64,000 nucleotides of DNA, from the NCBI GenBank assembly GCA_977020255.1, contig CDROCS010001089.1, forward strand, positions 310,001 to 374,000, read 5' to 3'. Both the position numbers and the translations under genes were made by a program. Origin of the DNA: Obrimoposthia wandeli. Lineage: Eukaryota. The notes beneath the pieces were generated by a model. It saw only the letters and a program-made list of their open reading frames with translations, was not told the DNA's origin and searched no databases. The stretch's first letter is position 1, and each line of letters starts with the position of its first letter. This document shows, piece after piece, positions 49,898 to 61,178 of this stretch.

Positions 49898-50217
49898 TAA
49901 ACAAGTAACTTAACAAAACATAATAATTAAAACCCTTACACTATACATTTAAAGGAAAATAAGATCGCTTTAGGCTCGATCACTAAGCTAACCATAAAAA
50001 GCTAAAGCTACGACTAACAAACTACAGACAAGTGTTGGCAGTATTTGTTTAAATAGTTAAATGGAAACATTCTGTAACCATTGAATTGTTCTGTTGTGAT
50101 ATGAGGGTAAAAAGTTTGAACTCGCGATTAATACATTCAAAAAAGATCAAATGTGAAACTTAATAAAATCTAAGCACAATCATAATCACTGCAAAACATA
50201 TTAAACGAGCAAGCTTT

Positions 50218-51594
50218 ATGAAAATAATTATTTTAGGCGCTGGACAAGTTGGAGGCACTCTAGCTGAGAATTTAGCTAGTGAAGCAAATGACATTACTAT
50301 CGTTGATTCAAACGCAGAAAGACTAAGAGAACTACAAGACAGGCTGGATATCAGCACTATAGAGGGGATGGCCTCCTATCCAAGCACTCTTGAAAGAGCT
50401 GGAGCAGAAGATGCAGACATGCTAATCGCAGTGACTAATAGCGATGAGGTTAATATGACAGCTTGCCAATTAGCGCAAACTTTATATAAAACACCTACCA
50501 AGATAGCCAGAGTTCGCAGCCACGATTATATAAACCAATCAAAAAAAATATTTTGCAAAGCCGCGATACCCATTGACGTAATTATTAGCCCAGAGCAATT
50601 AGTCACCAAGAATGTAAAACGATTGATAGAAAGACCTGGAGCATTACAAGTATTAGATTTTGCAGAGGGCAGAGCGCAGCTAGTTGCAGTAAAAGCGTAT
50701 CACGGCGGTCCTTTAGTTGGTAACCAAATATCTTTCTTAAAGCAGCACATGCCTAACGTAGATACTAGAGTTGCAGCAATATTTCGGCAAGGCAGCCCCA
50801 TCACTCCTCAAGGAGATACCGTTATCGAGGTCGATGATGAGGTATTCTTTATTGCTGCTACTGAGGATATCCTCCCAGTCATGGGCGAATTAAGAAGGCT
50901 AGACAATCCATATAAAAGAATTCTTATCGCCGGCGGCGGCAATATAGGAATGCGTTTAGCGGCATCGATTGAAGATGATTTTCACGTAAAGATAATTGAG
51001 CGCTATGTAGATCGTTGCAGTGTACTGGCTAACACACTAACAAATACCATCGTTCTGCATGGTAATGCTTCTGATAAAGAATTGTTGTTAGAGGAAAACA
51101 TTGAAGACACTGACGTTTTTTGTGCACTAACCAATGACGATGAAGCTAACATTATGGCATCCATGTTAGCCAAAAAACTGGGCGCTAAAACCGTTATGAC
51201 ACTTATCAATAATCCGGCTTACGTTGATTTGGTGCAAGGCGGCGTGATTGATATTGCAATATCTCCTCAGCAAACCACCATAGGCGCCCTTCTAACTCAC
51301 GTAAGAAAAGGCGATGTTGCAGCTGTGCACTCATTACGAAGAGGAGCTGCGGAAGTTTTAGAAGTTGTTGCACACGGTGATGAGAGAAGCTCTAAGGTAG
51401 TTGGCAAAACATTAAGAGAAATTGAACTCCCACATGGGACGACAATTGGTGCAATAGTTAGAAACGAAAAAGTTGTAATTGCCCACGATCACGTAGTGGT
51501 TGAAAACAATGATCATCTAATTTTGTTTTTGGTCGATAAGAATAAAATTAACGAAGTAGAAAAACTATTCCAAGTCGGCTTAGCCTTCTTTTAG
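50218..51594 (+). CDS. trkA: Trk potassium uptake protein TrkA
   Basis: Two RCK N/C pairs (GAGQVG, GGGNIG), [15 protein letters not shown]. Confidence 0.97.
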   Translation: MKIIILGAGQVGGTLAENLASEANDITIVDSNAERLRELQDRLDISTIEGMASYPSTLERAGAEDADMLIAVTNSDEVNMTACQLAQTLYKTPTKIARVRSHDYINQSKKIFCKAAIPIDVIISPEQLVTKNVKRLIERPGALQVLDFAEGRAQLVAVKAYHGGPLVGNQISFLKQHMPNVDTRVAAIFRQGSPITPQGDTVIEVDDEVFFIAATEDILPVMGELRRLDNPYKRILIAGGGNIGMRLAASIEDDFHVKIIERYVDRCSVLANTLTNTIVLHGNASDKELLLEENIEDTDVFCALTNDDEANIMASMLAKKLGAKTVMTLINNPAYVDLVQGGVIDIAISPQQTTIGALLTHVRKGDVAAVHSLRRGAAEVLEVVAHGDERSSKVVGKTLREIELPHGTTIGAIVRNEKVVIAHDHVVVENNDHLILFLVDKNKINEVEKLFQVGLAFF

Positions 51595-51684
51595 TTTAGC
51601 TCTTAGCAGTAAACACAAACATTAATCCTCAACATAATAGATATTTAACAACTTAAGTTAAAGATATCTAACGGCAAAAAAACT

Positions 51685-53133
51685 ATGCATTATAGAATCA
51701 TTTTAAGAATACTAGGCATTTTGCTCATGGTATTTAGTATTACAATGATCCCCCCTGCTCTTGTTTCTCATATATACGATGATGGCGTTTTTTCCATCTT
51801 TTATTTGTGTCTAGCGATCACTTTTAGCACTGGTTTTTTATTCTGGCTGCCTGCATATAATGTAAAGGAAGAGCTGCGTACGAGAGACGGTTTTGTTGTC
51901 ACTGTCATGTTTTGGTTAGTATTGAGTATATTCGGTGCTATTCCTTTTATACTAGCTCAAGAGTTGAATTTAAGCATTGTTGATGCTGTATTTGAATCCA
52001 TGTCTGGGTTAACTACTACTGGAGCAACGGTGATAACAGGTATCGACGATTTACCCAAATCTATACTATTTTATCGCCAACAACTGCAGTGGCTTGGTGG
52101 TATGGGTATCATCGTATTAGCCGTTGCTATATTACCTATGCTAGGTATCGGGGGAATGCAGTTATATAGAGCCGAAACGCCGGGGCCCGTTAAAGATAGC
52201 AAACTGACTCCTAGAATCACTGAAACAGCCAAAGCACTTTGGTATATTTACGCAACCTTAACTATAGTGTGTACAATAAGCTATTGGCTGGCGGGGATGA
52301 CCTTTTTTGATGCGATCAGTCATAGCTTTTCTACAGTGGCTATAGGCGGGTTTTCAACACATGATTCAAGCATCGGCTATTTTGATAGCCCATTAATTGA
52401 ATCAATCGCAGTTGTATTTATGCTAATTTCAGCGGTAAACTTTGGACTACACTTTTTTGCTTGGCGCAGAAAATCAATATTTCACTATTGGCAAGATCCT
52501 GAAGTTAAGTTTTTTATCTACACATTAGGCGTTACCATTTTAGTCAGTGTATCAATTTTATATATGACTAGTGGCTACTCTCCAATGAGAGCAATAAGAG
52601 ATTCTGTTTTCATGGTGGTGTCTATTGCCACGACAACTGGTTTTGCAACAACTGACTTCGCTATATGGCCCACTGTACTTCCCTTTATGTTGATGCTCAC
52701 CGCCTTTGCAGGCGGCTGTGCAGGCTCCACTGCAGGGGGTATGAAGATAATAAGAGTGTTGCTAATATTTAAGCAAGGCCATCGAGAAATAAAACGTTTG
52801 GTTCATCCTAATGCAGTATTCTCCGTAAAGTTAAGTAACAAGCCGATAGCTGAGAAAGTGTTACAAGCTGTGTGGGGGTTCTTTTCTGTCTATATGCTAG
52901 TGTTTGTCATTATGCTACTAGCCATTATGGCGACAGGAATAGATCAAATAACCGCTTGGTCAGCAGTTGCTGCCACGTTAAACAACTTAGGTCCAGGGCT
53001 TGGTAACGTTGCTGCTAACTATGGAGATGTGAATGATACTGCTAAATGGATCTTATGCTTTTCTATGCTGTTAGGCCGACTTGAAGTCTTTACTTTAATT
53101 ATATTGTTTACGCCAATTTTTTGGAGAAGATGA
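51685..53133 (+). CDS. trkH: Trk potassium uptake permease TrkH
   Basis: FESMSGLTTTG, QWLGGMGII, AIGGFS, TTTGF, STAGGMK, NNLGPG, MLLGRLE. Confidence 0.96.
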   Translation: MHYRIILRILGILLMVFSITMIPPALVSHIYDDGVFSIFYLCLAITFSTGFLFWLPAYNVKEELRTRDGFVVTVMFWLVLSIFGAIPFILAQELNLSIVDAVFESMSGLTTTGATVITGIDDLPKSILFYRQQLQWLGGMGIIVLAVAILPMLGIGGMQLYRAETPGPVKDSKLTPRITETAKALWYIYATLTIVCTISYWLAGMTFFDAISHSFSTVAIGGFSTHDSSIGYFDSPLIESIAVVFMLISAVNFGLHFFAWRRKSIFHYWQDPEVKFFIYTLGVTILVSVSILYMTSGYSPMRAIRDSVFMVVSIATTTGFATTDFAIWPTVLPFMLMLTAFAGGCAGSTAGGMKIIRVLLIFKQGHREIKRLVHPNAVFSVKLSNKPIAEKVLQAVWGFFSVYMLVFVIMLLAIMATGIDQITAWSAVAATLNNLGPGLGNVAANYGDVNDTAKWILCFSMLLGRLEVFTLIILFTPIFWRR

Positions 53134-53167
53134 AATCCACAAACGGCACTGTCTAGTATAACTCAGG

Positions 53168-53195
53168 CTTTCTAGTATTGCGTAATACTAGAAAG
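53168..53195. terminator. Hairpin between convergent trkH and the acyltransferase gene
   Basis: CTTTCTAGTATT-GCGT-AATACTAGAAAG. Confidence 0.6.
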
Positions 53196-53203
53196 GAGAA
53201 CTC

Positions 53204-54088
53204 TTAATAGATGGTTCGCTGCCCTTGCTGCGATTTTTTAAACCGCTTATATTCCCATTGATATTGGGCTGGGTTCTCCAATGCTATTTTTTCAATACAC
53301 TGATTAAGAGCCTGCAATGAAGTATTACTATGCTTACTGTTAATACTTTCATCAACTGTTTTAAATTCAATAGCAAACCCTGAACTTTCTCTGATTGCAA
53401 CCCCAGAAAGAACCACACAGTTAGTTTTAGCCGCTAGCTGAGATAATAAAGTCATAGTATAAGTAGACCGCTGAAAAAACGGAACATAGGCTCCACTGCC
53501 TTCTGCTGGTTCTTGGTCTGGCAATATAGCGATGACACCTTTACTACGCAACTTCTTCATTAGCTTTCGGACGCCTGAAGCGTTAGCTGGTGCCATATCA
53601 CCTCCTAAACGACTGCGCATTTTTTTAATCAGCCAATCAAAAAATTTAAGTTTTGGTGGCTTATACAACACCGTCAGTGAACAAACACTAGACGCGTACA
53701 AGTTCAGGATTTCCCAATTTCCAATATGCGGTGCGATGATGATTACACCTTTATCTTTAGCTATTGCTGCTTGTAATATTTGATCACCCTTAACACTTAC
53801 TACCTTTTTTAAGGTGTATGATGTTGGCCAAAGCCATGACATACCCATTTCAGCAAGACACATACCTGTTTGCTGTAAACTACTTTTCAACAAAATTTCG
53901 CGTTCTTTTGCTGACAGATGCTGAAAACAAAAGTCCACATTTGATTTAGATACAAAATAGCTACGAGAACGTTTAAAATAATACCAACAGCTACCTAGTA
54001 ACTTGCCTAGCCACTGGCTAAGTTTTAAGGGCAGTAAGGCCATAACTATCAAAAATAACAAGCCCAAAATTACTTTTACAATGCGCAT
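53204..54088 (-). CDS. Lipid A biosynthesis acyltransferase (LpxL/HtrB family)
   Basis: N-terminal TM, PHIGNWE, LPDQ, PFF, QYQWEYKRFK. Confidence 0.88.
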   Translation of the reverse strand: MRIVKVILGLLFLIVMALLPLKLSQWLGKLLGSCWYYFKRSRSYFVSKSNVDFCFQHLSAKEREILLKSSLQQTGMCLAEMGMSWLWPTSYTLKKVVSVKGDQILQAAIAKDKGVIIIAPHIGNWEILNLYASSVCSLTVLYKPPKLKFFDWLIKKMRSRLGGDMAPANASGVRKLMKKLRSKGVIAILPDQEPAEGSGAYVPFFQRSTYTMTLLSQLAAKTNCVVLSGVAIRESSGFAIEFKTVDESINSKHSNTSLQALNQCIEKIALENPAQYQWEYKRFKKSQQGQRTIY

Positions 54089-54208
54089 CTAGTAGAATCT
54101 CAAGGTTAACAGAGTGTTTATTATCCTTGATTCAATCTCTAGGCGCAAAACAGAAGTAATAGTGAAATGCAAAAGAACCGAAAATAACTAAAATAAGGAA
54201 TAAATTAG

Positions 54209-54655
54209 ATGCAATATACAGTATACCTCTCTGGTGAAATCCACAGTCAATGGCGCGAAAAAATCAAAACAGCCATCACTGACCGTAACTTACCTATCAC
54301 TTTGTTAACACCTAATACTGATCACCAAAGTAGTGATGACTGCGGTGAAAAGATACTAGGTACCGAGCAAACTGCGTTTTGGAAAGATCATAAAGCAGCA
54401 AAGATAAACACTATTAGGCACATGACTGCCATTGATAGAGCCGATATTGTGGTTGTACGCTTTGGCGATAAATACAAACAGTGGAATGCGGCTTTCGATG
54501 CAGGCATCGCTATCGCAAAAGGAAAGTCACTAATTGTTGAACATGGCGCGGATATCACTCACCCTCTTAAAGAAATTGACGCCGCAGCAAGTGCTGTCGC
54601 CACTACTACTGAAGAAGTAATTGAAGTTTTAGCCTACTTGACCCGCGATTACTAA
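54209..54655 (+). CDS. YtoQ family protein (nucleoside deoxyribosyltransferase-like fold)
   Basis: VYLSGEIHSQWR, DHKAAKINTIR, VRFGDKYKQWNAAFDAG, HPLKEIDAAA. Confidence 0.85.
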   Translation: MQYTVYLSGEIHSQWREKIKTAITDRNLPITLLTPNTDHQSSDDCGEKILGTEQTAFWKDHKAAKINTIRHMTAIDRADIVVVRFGDKYKQWNAAFDAGIAIAKGKSLIVEHGADITHPLKEIDAAASAVATTTEEVIEVLAYLTRDY

Positions 54656-54882
54656 AAGCGATTATTGTCAAAAAAGTAAATAAAAGCGTTTTGAAAAAAT
54701 TCCATAAATAACAAAACTAAGCCTAACTAGTCAGTAACTACGGGCTTAGTGATTAATATTTAGCTCTTGAATCCTCTTGAAAAACAGATACCACAAAAGT
54801 CACTAAAATTTCGCGCAGATCAAACAAATAATGATGTATAATTGCTCGCTAATTTTAAACCTAAACTCTTTTTATAATACAG

Positions 54883-55845
54883 GTGAATATTGTGACTGCT
54901 AAGCCGGCACCTACAGAATCTACATTCCAAGGTCTAATTCTCGCTTTACAATCATATTGGTCAGAACATGGCTGTGTAGTAATCCAACCTTTAGATATGG
55001 AAGTCGGCGCTGGAACATTCCACCCTGCTACTTTTTTACGTGCTATTGGACCTGAGTCATGGAGAGCGGCTTATGTACAACCTAGTCGTCGTCCTACTGA
55101 TGGTCGTTACGGGGAAAACCCAAACCGTCTTCAACACTACTACCAGTTCCAAACGGTTTTAAAGCCTTCACCTGATAATATCCAAGAGCTTTACTTAGGC
55201 TCTTTAGAAGCCTTAGGAGTTGATCCGCTAGTACACGACATTAGATTTGTTGAAGATAACTGGGAATCACCCACCCTTGGGGCTTGGGGTTTAGGTTGGG
55301 AAGTATGGCTCAACGGTATGGAAGTTTCTCAGTTCACCTACTTTCAACAGGTAGGAGGCCTTGAATGCTACCCTGTGACTGGCGAACTAACTTACGGGTT
55401 AGAACGCCTCGCTATGTACATCCAAGATGTAGAAAGCGTGTACGACCTAGTTTGGACGGTTAATCCAGATGGGACTACCGTTTCATATGGCGATGTTTTT
55501 CATCAAAACGAAGTTGAGCAATCTACTTATAACTTTGAATACGCCGACGTTGACCAATTATTCAAAACGTTTGATTTTCATGAAGCAGAATGTAGCAAGC
55601 TGTTAGAGGCAAACTTACCATTACCCGCTTACGAACAAACTTTAAAAGCCTCGCACACCTTTAACTTACTTGATGCGCGAAAAGCAATATCAGTGACTGA
55701 ACGTCAACGCTTCATTCTAAGAGTACGCACTTTAACGCGCGGTGTCGCTGAAGCGTATTTAGCTTCAAGAGCAAAGCTAGGTTTTCCACTTGCACCAGAA
55801 AACATTCGCATTGAAGCATTATCTGCCCTACAGGAGATCAAATAA
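54883..55845 (+). CDS. glyQ: Glycine-tRNA ligase alpha subunit
   Basis: [47 protein letters not shown]. Confidence 0.98.
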   Translation: MNIVTAKPAPTESTFQGLILALQSYWSEHGCVVIQPLDMEVGAGTFHPATFLRAIGPESWRAAYVQPSRRPTDGRYGENPNRLQHYYQFQTVLKPSPDNIQELYLGSLEALGVDPLVHDIRFVEDNWESPTLGAWGLGWEVWLNGMEVSQFTYFQQVGGLECYPVTGELTYGLERLAMYIQDVESVYDLVWTVNPDGTTVSYGDVFHQNEVEQSTYNFEYADVDQLFKTFDFHEAECSKLLEANLPLPAYEQTLKASHTFNLLDARKAISVTERQRFILRVRTLTRGVAEAYLASRAKLGFPLAPENIRIEALSALQEIK

Positions 55846-57938
55846 TGGCTGCTTTAGATTTTTTAGTTGAACTCGGTACAGCTGAACTCCCCCCCAATTC
55901 TTTAGAATCTTTATCAAAGGCCTTTTCAAAAGGCATATACGACGGTATTAAAAGCGCGTTAGGTCGTGATGCTGAGCAACTACTTAGTAACACATCAATT
56001 GAGAGCTTTGCTTCACCTCGACGTCTAGCATTACGAATAAACAACTTGATAACAGAAATACCAGGTTCGGTAAGTATTGTGCAAGGCCCGCCAATTAAGA
56101 TTTGTTACGACGATGCAGGAAAGCCTACCAACGCACTACTAGGCTTTGCCAAGAAAAACAACACGAACGTTGATGAACTTAGCGAACTTAAAGGCAAGGT
56201 TACTTATTCAAAGGAGCTTGCAGCTAAGCCAATTATAGAGCTATTACCAAGCATTGTAGAAAACTCTCTTGCAAAATTACCTATTGCCAAGCGGATGCGC
56301 TGGGGCGCTAATAAAATTGAGTTCGTAAGGCCTGTACAATGGCTGGTGATGCTGTTTGGTGAACAAATAGTAGATTGCTCCCTATTAGGTGTTACGGCTT
56401 CTAACAAAAGCCGTGGACACCGCTTTCATCACAGAAATAGCGACAACAACAGCTTAATCATTACTAATGCCGCAGAGTACGAGACAAAGCTAGAGCAAGC
56501 CTATGTAATTGCTGATTTTTCAAAACGTAAAGAGAAAATAAAGCAACAGGTAACAGCGGCTGCCGATAAAATTAAGAGTGTGGTACATATCGATGAAGAT
56601 TTACTCAACGAAGTAACTGGTTTAAACGAATGGCCTGTCGCTCTCACGGGTCAGTTTGATGAGGAGTTTTTAAGTGTTCCTCAAGAAGCGTTAATACTTT
56701 CAATGAAGGAACATCAAAAGTATTTTTACACCACTGATACAGCTGGCAAATTAATGCCTAACTTCATCACTATTTGTAACATCGAGTCTAAAAACCCCAA
56801 CACGGTTATTAGCGGTAACGAAAAAGTTATTCGTCCACGTCTAGCTGATGCTAAGTTCTTTTTTGAAAACGATAAAAAAAGCACCTTAGAATCACGTTGT
56901 GAAAAACTAAAGAGCATTGTTTTTCAACAGCAATTAGGAACAGTTTGGGAAAAAAGTGAACGAGTGTCACAACTTGCGGCACATATCTCACAACTTATAT
57001 CAGGTGATCCAAACAAAGCACAACGCGCTGCTAAGCTTGCAAAAACTGATTTAGTGACAGACATGGTTTTTGAATTCACCGATTTACAGGGCTTAATGGG
57101 CTATCATTATGCACTCAACGATAATGAAGATGCCGAAGTTGCTCAAGCCATTTTTGAACAATACTTGCCAAAATTTGCAGGCGATGAAATACCAGCTTCT
57201 AAAACTGGATTAGCGCTAGCACTAGCAGATAGATTAGACACACTAACCGGCATGTTCGGTATTGGTCAGCCGCCAACGGGTTCAAAAGATCCTTTCGCCC
57301 TGCGCCGTGCCACACTTGGCGTGTTACGCATCATCATTGAAAAAGCGTTACCACTAGATTTAAAAGAGCTGGTAGCAATGGCTGTTGAACAACAGACAGC
57401 GATCAAAGATGAGAATAAAGCGAAGATTGCAAAGCAAGTGGTCAGCTTCATGCTAGAGCGTTTAAGAGCCTACTATGAGGATCGTAAAGTCGGAGTCGAC
57501 ACTTACCTTGCAGTGGCTGCTGTAAAACCCACTAAACCGTTAGACTTTGATCAAAGAATTAAGGCTGTGGAGCACTTTAGAACGCTCAGTGCATCGCAAT
57601 CATTGGCATCAGCTAACAAACGAGTGTCTAACATTCTTGATAAGCAACAATCTGCCAAGCAATTAGTAGTTAGTACAGTGCTTCTAACTGAAACTGCTGA
57701 AATAACACTGCATCAAAGTTTAGTTACATTGGCAGCTCAGCTTAAACCTATGTTCGCCACCAGCGACTATCAAGGCGCTTTAACCTTGCTTGCAGATTTA
57801 CAGCAAGACATTGACTCGTTTTTTGATAATGTAATGGTGATGACAGAGGATCTAGCGGTACAACAAAATAGAATTGCTTTGTTAGGTGAACTACGCCAAT
57901 TGTTTTTACACATAGCAGATATTTCATTGTTGAATTAA
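55845..57938 (+). CDS. glyS: Glycine-tRNA ligase beta subunit
   Basis: FLVELGTAELPP, FVRPVQW, RPRLADA, EFTDLQG, GSKDPFALRR, C-terminal DALR-like domain. Confidence 0.98.
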   Translation: MAALDFLVELGTAELPPNSLESLSKAFSKGIYDGIKSALGRDAEQLLSNTSIESFASPRRLALRINNLITEIPGSVSIVQGPPIKICYDDAGKPTNALLGFAKKNNTNVDELSELKGKVTYSKELAAKPIIELLPSIVENSLAKLPIAKRMRWGANKIEFVRPVQWLVMLFGEQIVDCSLLGVTASNKSRGHRFHHRNSDNNSLIITNAAEYETKLEQAYVIADFSKRKEKIKQQVTAAADKIKSVVHIDEDLLNEVTGLNEWPVALTGQFDEEFLSVPQEALILSMKEHQKYFYTTDTAGKLMPNFITICNIESKNPNTVISGNEKVIRPRLADAKFFFENDKKSTLESRCEKLKSIVFQQQLGTVWEKSERVSQLAAHISQLISGDPNKAQRAAKLAKTDLVTDMVFEFTDLQGLMGYHYALNDNEDAEVAQAIFEQYLPKFAGDEIPASKTGLALALADRLDTLTGMFGIGQPPTGSKDPFALRRATLGVLRIIIEKALPLDLKELVAMAVEQQTAIKDENKAKIAKQVVSFMLERLRAYYEDRKVGVDTYLAVAAVKPTKPLDFDQRIKAVEHFRTLSASQSLASANKRVSNILDKQQSAKQLVVSTVLLTETAEITLHQSLVTLAAQLKPMFATSDYQGALTLLADLQQDIDSFFDNVMVMTEDLAVQQNRIALLGELRQLFLHIADISLLN

Positions 57939-57946
57939 CACTTAAA

Positions 57947-57967
57947 TTGGCTCTGTGTTTCAGAGCC
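57947..57967 (+). terminator. Hairpin after glyS
   Basis: GGCTCTG-TGTTT-CAGAGCC about 10 nt after the stop; no clear U-tract. Confidence 0.45.
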
Positions 57968-58975
57968 GATTGAATCTAAAACTCACAATAAACAAGTTTA
58001 GTTAATAATTAAATTTGTTTATTGTGAAAACTTATTTCCAATCTTTAGCCCACCACTCTTTCATTGCGCGTTATAACTTGCCTTTCATATTTGCTTGCTA
58101 GTTCAAAATTCACAACTGATAACACTACAGTAATAACTTAATGTAGATTCTAACTTACAGTATCAATAAAACGCTAAGAAAAACCGACTAGTGCCAACAA
58201 TGAAACTGCATTGGGTTTAGAATACCAACGAGACATAATGCTACGTTTACAATGAATTGAAAACCAGTATGTAAATCACACCAGCTTCCTTAATTAGTAA
58301 TTACTAACATAGCAGAATAGTAACCACTAACATCCCTAAGCAACTGTTTATAATACGTTTAGTAAATAAAAATAAAATACGATGAAATTGCTTATCCACG
58401 TATATAAATGAGCGTTTAATGGAATAAAAGCCAAAACAGAGGAAAAAATATTATTGCGTAACCAAATGATAATTGTAATAAATGGGCTAGTTTCTGGCTC
58501 AGTAAACGAAATAGTGACAAATAATTCATTTCAGAATGACGATTGACCAAAAACATTGTTCAAGAAACATTTAAAAAAATCAATAAAAACTATTTACTAT
58601 CAATAGGTTATAAATCTAAGTTAAGCTAAAAAGAGACTGATTAAATAAAAATAGCTGTTTATAAACAATTAGTTACAAAGCTTGAAACAAAGGCAATATC
58701 GGGGAATTAGTCGTTATCATGAAATAGTCGGTAAGTTTAAAACTCACGATTAACTTCTAATCACCTAAAATTTATCTACAGACCTATACTAAGCAATAGC
58801 TATTTTTACAGAAAATCCATATTTAAATTTTCTATTTGTGTTTTAATTTTGCTGTATTGTTGTTGCTTATAGTTTAACCACAGAACACAATTTGTAACGC
58901 TATCTTAATTAAAGGTTATTGTTGATATCGCCACCGTTGTGTCACCATCGCTGAAATCATATTTAAGGAAATCTT

Positions 58976-61108
58976 ATGAAAAGATCTACGTCGTTTTGTT
59001 TGGGGCTATCAATTCTTTGCGCAATTACAACCTCAAATGCAGCATTCGCTAAAACAACTAATATTGGAGCTGAGCCACAAGTTACTCAACTAACAAGATC
59101 AGCCTGGTTACGCGAGTACTTACCAGAAAACACCCTACTTTATGCAAGAGTCCCTTCTTTATGGACTAGCCTTTCCTACAAGGAAGATAGTTTTAAGTAT
59201 GCTTTAGGCAATAAAAATTACATTGCTACCATCAATAAGATCCAGCAGGCAAGCGTGCAGTGGGTAGAGCAGTCAGAAGAGAAAATAAGACCTTTGTTAG
59301 CACTATTAGCGGGGCAGTTAGATGGCCCTGTAGAAATTGCCGTGATTGCTGCTGGCCCGTCACCAAAAGTGCTGGTATCTGCTAATTTAAACTATCAAAG
59401 TGATCTTCAAGTACAGGCACTGATTAATAGCCTCATTAAAGCAAAAGCGATAAGCCAAGAGTTACAAAAAATGACTGACGGTGCCGGTCTGCTAATGACA
59501 AGCCTGGGCCCTACACCTTATCGTTGGGATAGTGAGCTAAAACGCCTTAATATTCTAATTAACTTTGGTGGTACTGATATAAATACCTTAGATAGCACTT
59601 TTGCCAATTTAAAACAAAATATTGAAAGCCCGATGCTCGTCAATGAAGCGCAAATGGATAGCAGCCAGCAAGGTCTTTACTTGTGGTATAACAACGCAGC
59701 GACCTACCCTTTATATAAAGCAATGATCCCTAAAAGAACCCAGCAACAGATGACTATGTTTGGCGTACCCGAGATGAAATCATTAGCACTTGCTTGGGGC
59801 GTAAGAAACGAAAAAGGCCGTTTAAAGCTAATGTTAGAAACGCCTGATAATGCAGGTTTACGTGCCCTGATTCCCACAAACAATAATCAGCTAGATTTAA
59901 TGACTGCTGCGGACCCAAAGCTGGCAGTGCTTCTTGCGCTGCCCTCTGCTGAACAGTTTTCTAAAATTGAAGCAACACTATTGAAAATGTCGCCAGATAC
60001 CACCTCCTACACACAAGCAAAACAACAAATACAAACAAAACTAGGCTTTAGCATAGAAGAGTTTTTGGCAGCAATAGGACCTGAATTAATTGCAGTATCA
60101 GATAACGCGGGAGATTATTCGGCAATTAAGATTCAAGATAAACAAAAATTTGCAGCAATTATTACAAAGCTACAGCAGCAGCCTGGGGTTTCTGTATTGA
60201 ATAAAGAAGTGGTTGGAGAAAACATAACTTATATGAAGGTTCCAAGCTTATTTAATACTGATGATATCACTGAAAGCACAGATATCCCCTTTTTTATCAA
60301 GGATGTATTAAAAAAAGTAAATACTCACTTATATTGGCATTTTGAAGGCGAATTTCTAATTATTGCTGAGTTACCGCAAGTACTTTTAGATCGAAAAATG
60401 CTGTTAACTGATAAGCTTTTAACTGAATGGCTAACAACCGAACAAAAACAAGATCTAACAGCGAGTACACTAGCGATTACCGGCACTATTCAAGATGCTC
60501 CAAAGCGAATGTACTACATGTACCTAAACCTTTTGCAGATGCTAGCAGATATTACTGGTGCACAGATAGACACTTTCTCACTTCCTTCAGCTAGGCAACT
60601 AGCATTAGCAGAAAACGGCTCATTAGGCTTACAACTGGATTCCAATACCGAAAACTTAAGTCTTGAGTTCACCTTTGAATCAACACCTGCTGACATTTTA
60701 ATGTCTAGTGGGGCCGCTACTTCGCTTGCTGGATTAGGGGTTTTAAGTGCCGTGGCAATACCGGCTTATCAGGACTACATTTTTAAGACCGTCGCTTCCT
60801 CTGCCTTATTTGATGCAGCAACGATTAAAGATAAAGTGGCTGTAAGATATATAGAAAACGGCCGTTTCCCCAACGAAGACGAAGTAGTACGAATGAACGA
60901 TGAGATAATCAGCCAGATAGGAGTATCTAAAAAGTATGAGGGCACTATAGAAGCAAACACTGGTAATATAACCATTCGCTTTAACTCAAAACGTGGCAAG
61001 AAACTACTTTATATCCCAAGTGTCGGCGTGGATAGCATTGACTGGAGTTGCCAATCTAATCTTGCAAGATCTTCAAGACCAGTAGGATGCAAACAAAGCA
61101 TTAAATAG
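58976..61108 (+). CDS. Exported 710-aa protein: large uncharacterised N-terminal domain fused to a C-terminal type IV pilin domain
   Basis: Sec-type signal peptide; C-terminal LAGLGVLSAVAIPAYQDY pilin helix motif, GRFP, and WSC...GCK cysteine pair. Confidence 0.8.
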   Translation: MKRSTSFCLGLSILCAITTSNAAFAKTTNIGAEPQVTQLTRSAWLREYLPENTLLYARVPSLWTSLSYKEDSFKYALGNKNYIATINKIQQASVQWVEQSEEKIRPLLALLAGQLDGPVEIAVIAAGPSPKVLVSANLNYQSDLQVQALINSLIKAKAISQELQKMTDGAGLLMTSLGPTPYRWDSELKRLNILINFGGTDINTLDSTFANLKQNIESPMLVNEAQMDSSQQGLYLWYNNAATYPLYKAMIPKRTQQQMTMFGVPEMKSLALAWGVRNEKGRLKLMLETPDNAGLRALIPTNNNQLDLMTAADPKLAVLLALPSAEQFSKIEATLLKMSPDTTSYTQAKQQIQTKLGFSIEEFLAAIGPELIAVSDNAGDYSAIKIQDKQKFAAIITKLQQQPGVSVLNKEVVGENITYMKVPSLFNTDDITESTDIPFFIKDVLKKVNTHLYWHFEGEFLIIAELPQVLLDRKMLLTDKLLTEWLTTEQKQDLTASTLAITGTIQDAPKRMYYMYLNLLQMLADITGAQIDTFSLPSARQLALAENGSLGLQLDSNTENLSLEFTFESTPADILMSSGAATSLAGLGVLSAVAIPAYQDYIFKTVASSALFDAATIKDKVAVRYIENGRFPNEDEVVRMNDEIISQIGVSKKYEGTIEANTGNITIRFNSKRGKKLLYIPSVGVDSIDWSCQSNLARSSRPVGCKQSIK

Positions 61109-61178
61109 AAAACGAAGGCCTTTGCTTGCTTATATGCATGTACGTAGCTCAGCTACTTTACAAAGGCCTTATTTCAGA

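Noticed and set aside
41000-58000. Apparent lower GC in the housekeeping block suggesting horizontal transfer
   Set aside because: My spot counts of single lines were inconsistent and the genes are conserved core genes; a sliding-window GC calculation would be needed.
57939-58975. oriC in the AT-rich spacer after glyS
   Set aside because: Only two imperfect, widely spaced DnaA boxes and no dnaA or gidA neighbour; an origin would need a box cluster.
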